The notes under the pieces: generated by a model
What the model saw: only the letters and a program-made list of their open reading frames with translations
What the model was told of the DNA's origin: nothing
The model's database searches: none
Position numbers and translations under genes: made by a program
Part shown: positions 25,051-32,000 of the stretch, in pieces
Layout of the letters: the number at the start of each line of letters is the position of its first letter
Position numbering within the stretch: position 1 is the stretch's first letter
DNA from: Erysipelotrichaceae bacterium
Lineage (GTDB): Bacteria > Bacillota_I > Bacilli_A > Erysipelotrichales > Coprobacillaceae
Length of the DNA stretch: 32,000 nucleotides
Assembly: GCA_028698185.1 (NCBI GenBank)
Contig: JAQVDW010000008.1
Coordinates: forward strand, 49,741 to 81,740
Reading direction: 5' to 3'

Positions 25051-25883
25051 AAAATCACCATGTTTTTTAATGAGAGGTCCAGAGCGACCCCGCTGTATGT
25101 CAGTGCTCCCGATGAGATGAAATCGATCGGATAATCCTTCAATTCCTCGAGCCGGGCCGAATTGATGTTGCCGCTGACTTCAATCAGGGCTTTTTTGCCA
25201 ATAAGCTTGCAGGCGTCCATGATGGTCTTGTTGTCCATATTGTCGAGCATGATGATATCGACCCCATTGTCAAGACATTCCTGGACCATCTCAAGGCTTT
25301 CGCATTCGACTTCGATTTTCTGGACGACGCGCATGTATTGACGGACTTGGGCAACGGCCTTGGTGATTGATCCGGCCGCATCGATATGGTTGTCTTTAAG
25401 CATGATTCCGTCGCTCAGGTTGTATCGGTGGTTGCCCGCACCCCCAATGCGGGTAGCGTATTTTTCGAAGATCCGGTTGTTCGGGGTTGTCTTGCGGGTG
25501 TCAAGCAGCCTGACGTGGCTGTCCTTGAGGACGTCGGCCATTTTGCGGGTGTTGGTCGCGATGCCCGACATCCGCTGCAGGTAGTTCAGGGCGGTCCGCT
25601 CGCCTGAAAGAAGCGCCCGGATTTTCCCTTTGCATGTCCCGATTTTTTGACCCTTGGTGACAAAATCACCATCCTTGCATTCGCTGATGAACTCGTAGTC
25701 CGGGTCCAGGAGCAGGAATGTCTCATTGAAAACGTCAAGTCCGCAGATTATGCCGTCTTCTTTGCAGATAAGGTCGACAGTTCCGGCTGTTTCTTTGGCG
25801 ACAACGGCATTTGTCGACAGGTCCTCACTGGAAATGTCCTCTTTTAAAGCTGAAATTATGTAATCTTTATAAAAGCCATTCAT
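25047..25883 (-). CDS. nadC: nicotinate-nucleotide diphosphorylase (carboxylating), quinolinate phosphoribosyltransferase
   Basis: 278 aa. LSGERTALNYLQRMSGIAT, LLDTRKTTP and IMLDNM motifs. Confidence 0.9.
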   Translation of the reverse strand: MNGFYKDYIISALKEDISSEDLSTNAVVAKETAGTVDLICKEDGIICGLDVFNETFLLLDPDYEFISECKDGDFVTKGQKIGTCKGKIRALLSGERTALNYLQRMSGIATNTRKMADVLKDSHVRLLDTRKTTPNNRIFEKYATRIGGAGNHRYNLSDGIMLKDNHIDAAGSITKAVAQVRQYMRVVQKIEVECESLEMVQECLDNGVDIIMLDNMDNKTIMDACKLIGKKALIEVSGNINSARLEELKDYPIDFISSGALTYSGVALDLSLKNMVIL

Positions 25884-27138
25884 TGTAAAACTCCTTATTT
25901 TTATTCTTCAGATAGTCCAGAACGGTTTTCCGGTTTGCTTCCTGGTATTCGCTGATATTCTCATAGGGGCTAAGGTCCACTCCGATTTCTCTGGGATCCT
26001 GTTTGTTTTCATTGATGTGTTTCGCACACAGCTTGGCAAACACGCCACTTTCTAGCAGGGAATTGCTGGCGAGGCGGTTCTTGCCATGGACGCCGGTTCC
26101 GGCGGTCTCGCCGATGGCATAAAGATTCCTGATGGAAGTCTGTCCTTTTACGCTGGCCTTGATGCCCCCCATAAGGTAATGCTGCCCTGGCATGATCGGG
26201 ATGCGGTCCTTGTAGGGGTCGATTCCCCGTTCAAGGCAGGTCTGGTAGATGTTTGGGAAATGCTCGATCATCTTTTCGTAAGGGATGTTGGAAACATCAA
26301 GGTAGACATGGTCCGTATTTTGTTCGACCATCTTGTCCTTGATAGCCTTGGTGACAATGTCACGGGGTAGGAGGCTGTCGACAAACTGGTTGCCGTCCTT
26401 GTCGACGATCACGGCCCCTTCGCCCCGGATCGATTCGCTGATCAAAAAGTTGCGTCCCTTATCCTTTGAATAAAGGAGGGTCGGGTGGATCTGGATGTAA
26501 TCGAGATGGTCGAGTTCGATGTTGTTTTTGATGGCGATTGCGAAGCTGTCGCCTTTTATATGGGTGTAGTTGGTTGACTGTTTGAAAAGTCCCCCGATGC
26601 CGCCGGTGGCGAGGATCACTTGGCCGGCGTAGACCGGTGTGATGATCCCGTCTTTGAGGATTATCGCACCAAGGCAGACGTTGTCGACGATGATCAAATC
26701 AAGCATTGCGGTTTGTTCAAAAAGCGTGATGTTCTTGCGTTGCTCCAGTTCAATAAGCAGCTTGGTGGTTATCTCCTTGCCGGTGACATCCTGGTGGTGG
26801 AGGATCCGTTTGGCCGAATGTCCGCCTTCGCGGGTGTAGTCAAAATCGAACTCGACTCCGTATTTTATCAGATCAAGGATCAGATCATTGGAGTTGTCAA
26901 TCATCGTCTTGACGACTTCGATGTCGTTTTCAAAGCGGCCCGCCTTTAGAGTGTCCTGAAGGTATGATTCATAGTCGAACTTGTGGAGCAGGGTGGAAAT
27001 CCCTCCTTGGGCGAGGGAAGAGTCCGATTTTTCTTTTTTGTCGTTGCAGATCATCAGCACATCGAGACTGGAATCCAGCCCCAGCCCGGCGATCAGCCCG
27101 GCGAGTCCGCTGCCGACAATTAGCACATCTGTTTTCAT
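25867..27138 (-). CDS. nadB: L-aspartate oxidase (short form)
   Basis: FAD fold DVLIVGSGLAGL. SLAQGGI, ATGGIGG, and GLYAIGE-like IRNLYAIGETAGTGVHGKNRLASNSLLE. 423 aa. Overlaps nadA and nadC. Confidence 0.85.
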   Translation of the reverse strand: MKTDVLIVGSGLAGLIAGLGLDSSLDVLMICNDKKEKSDSSLAQGGISTLLHKFDYESYLQDTLKAGRFENDIEVVKTMIDNSNDLILDLIKYGVEFDFDYTREGGHSAKRILHHQDVTGKEITTKLLIELEQRKNITLFEQTAMLDLIIVDNVCLGAIILKDGIITPVYAGQVILATGGIGGLFKQSTNYTHIKGDSFAIAIKNNIELDHLDYIQIHPTLLYSKDKGRNFLISESIRGEGAVIVDKDGNQFVDSLLPRDIVTKAIKDKMVEQNTDHVYLDVSNIPYEKMIEHFPNIYQTCLERGIDPYKDRIPIMPGQHYLMGGIKASVKGQTSIRNLYAIGETAGTGVHGKNRLASNSLLESGVFAKLCAKHINENKQDPREIGVDLSPYENISEYQEANRKTVLDYLKNKNKEFYNEWLL

Positions 27139-28043
27139 TTGGCCATCTCCAGCATGCGATCGAGCGACTTTTTCGCTTCCGCGATCAGCTCACCTGAAAG
27201 CACGACGCCATCGAAATCGTTTTCCAGGCTGGCGGCGACTTTGGCCGGCGTGATCTTTTTCATGTCGACACAGATCTGGTCGGCTTTGATCGGATAGAAG
27301 TGCTTGTGGGGATTCTGTTTTTCCAGTTCGTAGAACATGCCCAGCTCGCTGGCGATGATGAACTCATCATTGTCGCTGTTGGCCACAAAATCGATGATTC
27401 CGGTTGTCGAACCGATATAGTCGGCAACGCCAAGAACCCCTTCATTGCATTCGGGATGGGCCATAACCAGCGCCCCGGGATGGAGTTTCTTGGCTTCAAG
27501 CAGCTCGTCTTTGTTCATCCTTTCGTGCACCGGGCAGTAACCGGGGTGCAGGATGAAATTCTTTTCCGGGAACTGCTTGGCCAGATAGCCACCCAGATTC
27601 TTGTCCGGGATGAAATAGATGTTTTTGTTTTTGATCTTGGGAATGATATTATGGGCGTTGCCGCTGGTCACGCAGACATCGACATAGCGCTTGATTTCGC
27701 TTTTCGAGTTGATGTAGGCAACCACGCACACATCATCATAGGCGGCTTTGATCTTGTCGATATCTTCCTTGGTCACCATGTTGGCCATGGGGCAGATGGC
27801 GCTGTTGTCAACAAGCAGCACTGTCTTGTCCGGGTTGAGAATTTTGGCCGACTCGCCCATGAATCTCACGCCGCAAAAGACGATTGTCTTGTTTTCAAGC
27901 TCGGTCGCCTTTTTGGCTAGGTAGAAGGAATCACCGACATAGTCGCAGATATCCAGAACATCGCGCTCCAGGTAATAGTGCCCTAAAATGACAGCGTCAC
28001 GCTGTTTTTTCAATTCATTGATTTTATTAATTAAATTATCCAT
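27135..28043 (-). CDS. nadA: quinolinate synthase
   Basis: 302 aa. ILGHYY, FCGVRFMGESAKIL, AICPMA, and HPECN plus GST motifs of NadA. Confidence 0.9.
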   Translation of the reverse strand: MDNLINKINELKKQRDAVILGHYYLERDVLDICDYVGDSFYLAKKATELENKTIVFCGVRFMGESAKILNPDKTVLLVDNSAICPMANMVTKEDIDKIKAAYDDVCVVAYINSKSEIKRYVDVCVTSGNAHNIIPKIKNKNIYFIPDKNLGGYLAKQFPEKNFILHPGYCPVHERMNKDELLEAKKLHPGALVMAHPECNEGVLGVADYIGSTTGIIDFVANSDNDEFIIASELGMFYELEKQNPHKHFYPIKADQICVDMKKITPAKVAASLENDFDGVVLSGELIAEAKKSLDRMLEMAK

Positions 28044-28069
28044 AATTTTCTCCTGTCCTTGTGGATTTT

Positions 28070-28115
28070 ATCATGACACAAAAAAAATCCATTGTCAACA
28101 CTTCTGTCATGACAG
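28070..28115 (-). promoter_or_regulatory. nadA promoter with two TGTCATGA(CA) operator-like boxes
   Basis: Minus strand: perfect palindrome CTGTCATGACAG (28104-28115), then TTGACA (28093-28098) - 17 nt - TGtCATGAT (-10 at 28070-28075). The -10 is embedded in a second TGTCATGA box (28071-28078). Confidence 0.5.
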
Positions 28116-28140
28116 CTGAACAATTAATTAATTTTTTAAC

Positions 28141-28168
28141 AAAGTAAACATAAAAAAGTAAACATAAA
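28141..28168 (+). repeat. perfect tandem direct repeat, 2 x 14 bp (AAAGTAAACATAAA)
   Basis: Read directly: 28141-28154 equals 28155-28168. The GTAAACA core recurs inverted at 28201-28207. Confidence 0.9.
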
Positions 28169-28202
28169 GATGAGAAGCAAATATATACACCTATATTACT
28201 TG

Positions 28203-28230
28203 TTTACAATATTTGCCAAAGTGTTATAAT
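28203..28230 (+). promoter_or_regulatory. sigma-A promoter of hsdR (extended -10)
   Basis: TTTACA - 16 nt - TGtTATAAT, about 70 nt upstream of the hsdR ATG (RBS GGAGGGG). Confidence 0.55.
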
Positions 28231-28298
28231 TTTATTTGATAGCTTTTATTAACATTTGTGAAAATTTGCCATAGAAAACATTCGGAGGGGATAATATC

Positions 28299-31292
28299 AT
28301 GGTCGAATATACAGGGGAGTTAGATATTGAAAATCAAATGATTGACCAATTGACACGCGGAGAGAGCCAATGGACATACCGACCGGATCTAAATACCGAA
28401 GATCTTCTATGGGTCAATTTTTTTGATAAGTTGGAACAAAATAATGTAAGAACTCTTAATGAAAATCAGCTGACCGAACAAGAAAAAAACCAGATTAAGA
28501 ATCAGTTGAATTTTGTCAACTACTACGAAGCGGCAAAATGGATTGCCGGAGAAAATGGCATTGCTAAAGTTCAAGTACAACGCGAGGATGCGACTCTAGG
28601 CACAATCCGGTTGGAAGTTTTGTGGCGCGACAATGTTGCCGGAGGTAAATCTAGTTATGAAGTAGTCAACCAAGTATCCGTTGCCAAGGTCAGTGCTGGA
28701 GATACGGACCGTCGCTTTGATGTGACGCTGTTGATAAATGGTTTGCCGATGATTCATATCGAATTGAAAAACCGGTCGACTGGTTTTATGGATGCATTCC
28801 GACAAATCAAAAAATACGACAAGGAAGGTAAATTCAGAGGAATTTATTCCACCTTGCAGATGTTTGTCGTCTCCAATGCTACTGAGACAAGGTATATTGC
28901 TGCGGCCAAGGAGAATAAGATAAACGAGCAATTTTTGACCAAATGGGTGGATAAAGATAATAGACCAGTTGTCAATTTGAATGATTTTACAGCGCATGTG
29001 TTATCGATTCCCAGAGCTCATCAGATGGTGATGCAATATTCAGTTATTGATGACAGCAAGAAGGCCTTGATTTTGCTTCGACCTTACCAAGTTCATGCGA
29101 TAGAGGAAGTAAAAAAGGCTAGTATGCAACGAAGAAGTGGCTATGTTTGGCATACTACCGGTTCAGGAAAGACCCTGACTAGTTATAAAGTTGCCCGCAA
29201 CCTGCTACAAATCCCGTCAATCAAAAAAACAATATTTATCGTGGACCGGACTGATCTAGATCAACAAACAACCTCAAGCTTCATGTCTTATGCAGAGAAT
29301 GATGTGATTGATGTCGACGAAACAGAAAGTACTCACAATTTGGTAAAGAGATTGTATTCTGAAGATAAGACAGTCGTGGTTACGACAATTCAAAAAATCA
29401 ATACAATGATGAAGAAATTCGATGAAGGCAGATACAAAAAGGAGTACAAGAAAATAAAGGAATTGAATGTTGCTTTCGTCGTCGATGAATGCCATCGGGC
29501 GGTGTCGCCTGGACGCCAACGGTACATTTCTAAATTTTTTATCAACTCTCTTTGGTATGGTTTCACTGGGACTCCGATATTTGCCGAGAATAAAAGGGAG
29601 CAGGTTGGCGATTTAGCTCAAACAACCGAAGAACAATATGGAAAAAGGCTGCATGAATACACCGTAAAGGAAGCAATCCACGATAAAGCGGTTTTGGGAT
29701 TTCAGGTTGAGTACAAGAATACAATTATTACTGACGTAGATGAATCTGAACTTCTTACTGAGTTATATGATAAGGAAGAGCATATGCTGGAAGTATTGGA
29801 TTCTATCATTAACCACTCCCGTAGAAAGCTTGGATTTCAAAATGGTGTCGGCAAAACATATAGCGCAATTTTGACGGTCAGAAGTATCACGGTGGCCCAA
29901 AGATATTATGAATTAATGTCCCAGGTTAAAAGGGGAGAGAAGGAAATAAAAGTCAGTGAAAAGACCAAGCGGACACTTCCCGATTTTCCTAAGTTTGCCA
30001 TTACCTACTCAGTAACTGAAAATGAAGAAGATAGCACCACTAATCAAGACAAGATGAAAGAATCTATTAAAGATTATAATATCGAATTTGGAACTAATTT
30101 TTCAATCGCGGATATCAAATCATACAACAATGACATCAATGAACGTCTGGCACGAAAGAAAGACCGATATAAATTTCGCGAGGAACAGCTTGATTTAGTG
30201 ATTGTGGTTAACCGGTTATTAACTGGTTTTGATGCTCCTTGTTTGTCAACTTTGTTTATCGACCGTCGACCAATGAGACCACAAGATTTGATTCAGGCGT
30301 TTAGCCGCACTAATCGGCTGTTTGACAAATCTAAAAACTATGGGCAAATTGTAATATTTCAAAAACCTGATGCCTTCAAGGATGCCGTTGATAATGCCCT
30401 TCGCTTGTACTCTAATGGAGGGGAAAATTCAGTATTAGCTCCGACCTGGGAAGAAGAAAAGGAAAATTTTGATCAGAAGGTGAAGGCACTCAAGGCAATA
30501 GCACCAACCCCTGAAGACGTTCCGGATATCGATTCAGCATCTGATGAGGATTTGAAGTATTTTGCCAAAGCATATCAAGAGTTCGATAAGCTATTTGCTT
30601 CAATTCAAGTCTATTCCAATTATGAACGTAGGCAAGTCTTGGCTGAAGCCGGTCTTACAATTGGAATGATTGAAGAATTTGCAGGAAAGTATGAAAATGT
30701 AATTGAAGAAATAAAAAGGCGCAAGCCTGATGGTGACTCGGATGTTGTTACAATTGACGTGATGTATGAGCTTGAGAGTGTAAGAACTGATGAAATCAAC
30801 TACGAGTACATATTATCACTGATTCAAGCATTTATTCCTGAAGGTGGAAAGGAATATAAGGAACTTTCTGATAAAGATATCAAAGCAATCAGCACATATA
30901 TCGAAGAATTACGAAAAACAAATCCAGGTTTAGCGGATATAATTAATAATCTATGGTTTCGGGTGCAGTGGAACCCAGACAAATACCGAGGTCAATCAGT
31001 GGGTAATATCCTAGATCAGATGATTGAGGAAACAATAAATGCGAAAGTTCATGAAATCGCTTCTCACTGGTGTGTGGGTTACAATGAATTGAAGTTCGTA
31101 GTAAAGAACTATCGTAAAGGTGAATCAAAACAGCTCGGAGAGCAAGAACTAAATGAATCTAGAGATTATGATGCGTATAAAAAAAAATACGGCCAAGATG
31201 CTCTACCAAAACTAAAATATTTAAGAGCAATCAAACCAGCTTATACAAAAGTGATTGATGAAATGATAGTGCCGCTGCAACACCGTAGATAA
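28299..31292 (+). CDS. hsdR: type I restriction enzyme, R (endonuclease/translocase) subunit
   Basis: 997 aa. N-terminal PD-(D/E)xK-like region ([18 protein letters not shown]), helicase motif I HTTGSGKT, motif II VVDECHR, and a later LLTGFDAP motif. Confidence 0.9.
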   Translation: MVEYTGELDIENQMIDQLTRGESQWTYRPDLNTEDLLWVNFFDKLEQNNVRTLNENQLTEQEKNQIKNQLNFVNYYEAAKWIAGENGIAKVQVQREDATLGTIRLEVLWRDNVAGGKSSYEVVNQVSVAKVSAGDTDRRFDVTLLINGLPMIHIELKNRSTGFMDAFRQIKKYDKEGKFRGIYSTLQMFVVSNATETRYIAAAKENKINEQFLTKWVDKDNRPVVNLNDFTAHVLSIPRAHQMVMQYSVIDDSKKALILLRPYQVHAIEEVKKASMQRRSGYVWHTTGSGKTLTSYKVARNLLQIPSIKKTIFIVDRTDLDQQTTSSFMSYAENDVIDVDETESTHNLVKRLYSEDKTVVVTTIQKINTMMKKFDEGRYKKEYKKIKELNVAFVVDECHRAVSPGRQRYISKFFINSLWYGFTGTPIFAENKREQVGDLAQTTEEQYGKRLHEYTVKEAIHDKAVLGFQVEYKNTIITDVDESELLTELYDKEEHMLEVLDSIINHSRRKLGFQNGVGKTYSAILTVRSITVAQRYYELMSQVKRGEKEIKVSEKTKRTLPDFPKFAITYSVTENEEDSTTNQDKMKESIKDYNIEFGTNFSIADIKSYNNDINERLARKKDRYKFREEQLDLVIVVNRLLTGFDAPCLSTLFIDRRPMRPQDLIQAFSRTNRLFDKSKNYGQIVIFQKPDAFKDAVDNALRLYSNGGENSVLAPTWEEEKENFDQKVKALKAIAPTPEDVPDIDSASDEDLKYFAKAYQEFDKLFASIQVYSNYERRQVLAEAGLTIGMIEEFAGKYENVIEEIKRRKPDGDSDVVTIDVMYELESVRTDEINYEYILSLIQAFIPEGGKEYKELSDKDIKAISTYIEELRKTNPGLADIINNLWFRVQWNPDKYRGQSVGNILDQMIEETINAKVHEIASHWCVGYNELKFVVKNYRKGESKQLGEQELNESRDYDAYKKKYGQDALPKLKYLRAIKPAYTKVIDEMIVPLQHRR

Positions 31293-31307
31293 AGGGAAAG
31301 GGATATA

Positions 31308-32000
31308 ATGAGTGATAAAAACATAAAACAACCAAAAGTGAGATTTAAAAAGTTTGCGGGCGAAAATGCTCAAGCTTGGGAACAGCGTAAGTTAGCCGAT
31401 CTTGCTGAACAATATATTGGTGGTGGTACTCCAAAGACATCTGTAGAGGAATATTGGAATGGAAGAATACCTTGGATTCAGTCATCTGATTTAAATGATG
31501 GTGAGGTATCGGGTGTTGAACCGAAAAAAATGATTACTGAACAAGGGTTAAATAATTCAGCCACAAAACTGGTGCCATCTAATTCAATTGCCATCATTAC
31601 ACGTGTAGGGGTCGGGAAGCTTGCATTTATGCCATTTTCGTATGCTACAAGCCAAGACTTCTTATCGTTAAGTGGATTGAAAGTTGATCCGTGGTTTTGC
31701 GTATATTCTTGCTATAAAAAATTACAAAGCGAACTTCGCTCAGTGCAAGGAACATCCATTAAAGGTATTACCAAAAGTGAGTTATTAGACAAGAAAATTT
31801 TTGTTCCAGTTAATGGCGAACAACGGAAGATTGGCGAGTTTTTTAGGAACATAGACGACCTTATCACCCTTCATCAGCGTGAGTTGGATAATACTAAGAC
31901 TCTGAAACAGACTATGTTATCGAAAATGTTTCCTAAGGAAGGTTCAGATGTGCCTGAATTCCGTTTTGCTGGATTTACTGACCCTTGGGAACAGCGTAAG
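31308..32000 (+). CDS. hsdS: type I restriction-modification specificity subunit (3' end outside window)
   Basis: The ORF runs to the window edge without a stop, so it is absent from the ORF track. N-terminal VRFKKFAGENAQAWEQRKLADL, TRD-like middle, then conserved central helix IDDLITLHQRELDNTKTLKQTMLSKMFP and a restart EFRFAGFTDPWEQRK of the second half. Confidence 0.85.
   Translation, partial: MSDKNIKQPKVRFKKFAGENAQAWEQRKLADLAEQYIGGGTPKTSVEEYWNGRIPWIQSSDLNDGEVSGVEPKKMITEQGLNNSATKLVPSNSIAIITRVGVGKLAFMPFSYATSQDFLSLSGLKVDPWFCVYSCYKKLQSELRSVQGTSIKGITKSELLDKKIFVPVNGEQRKIGEFFRNIDDLITLHQRELDNTKTLKQTMLSKMFPKEGSDVPEFRFAGFTDPWEQRK

Noticed and set aside
25867-27138. nadB (423 aa) as a truncated pseudogene
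   Set aside because: The N-terminal FAD motif and the C-terminal GETA..GVHGKNRLASNSLLE region are intact. Both ends overlap neighbouring genes in coupled fashion. Short NadB forms lacking the C-terminal helical domain are plausible, so I cannot claim truncation without an alignment.
31179-31187. A9 homopolymer in hsdR as a phase-variation switch
   Set aside because: It lies about 35 codons from the 3' end, so slippage would only alter the extreme C-terminus. Comparable A/T runs occur in ordinary genes here (for example T8 in murE near 2484).
1-32000. Search for CRISPR arrays, tRNA/rRNA genes, IS elements, integrases and prophage genes
   Set aside because: I recognised no spaced direct-repeat arrays, no cloverleaf-like or rRNA-like segments, and no transposase/integrase-like translations on either strand. 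The only repeats are the short ones listed.

Overview
The window reads as a chromosomal segment of a moderate-GC, anaerobic Bacillota-like bacterium. That placement is an inference from gene content: PFL, ThiT, PRD/PTS regulators, a cre box and AGGAGG-type RBSs. TGA is used as a stop, so the genetic code is standard. I recognised no rRNA, tRNA, CRISPR array, transposase or integrase. Left to right: (1) a translationally coupled rsmE(partial)-unknown-mtaB-murE operon. (2) A stand-alone dual-PRD protein divergent from a pyruvate formate-lyase locus encoded in three cistrons: a 687-aa catalytic body lacking the glycyl-radical domain, a 71-aa radical-less copy of the start of that domain with a Cys-rich tail, and a 79-aa RVSGY radical module. 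(3) A small acidic ORF. (4) A cre-preceded PRD/EIIB/EIIA regulator followed by an ascorbate-family PTS (IIA, IIC, IIB) fused in one operon to split transketolase, transaldolase/FSA and DeoC. (5) A structured spacer and a frame-disrupted membrane ORF in front of coaBC. (6) A convergent four-gene operon NifX-like / MinD-ferredoxin ATPase x2 / NifX-like. (7) Uracil permease, an SDR, TPP riboswitch-thiT and a MATE exporter. (8) nadA-nadB-nadC-niaR with palindromic operator candidates. (9) An AT-rich type I R-M locus (hsdR, then hsdS running off the window). The best candidates for something undescribed are the split PFL with its decoy cistron, the NifX-like/MinD-ferredoxin operon, and the PTS-TK-TAL-DERA operon of unknown substrate. 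All calls rest on reading the translations and sequence by eye; no searches were run.
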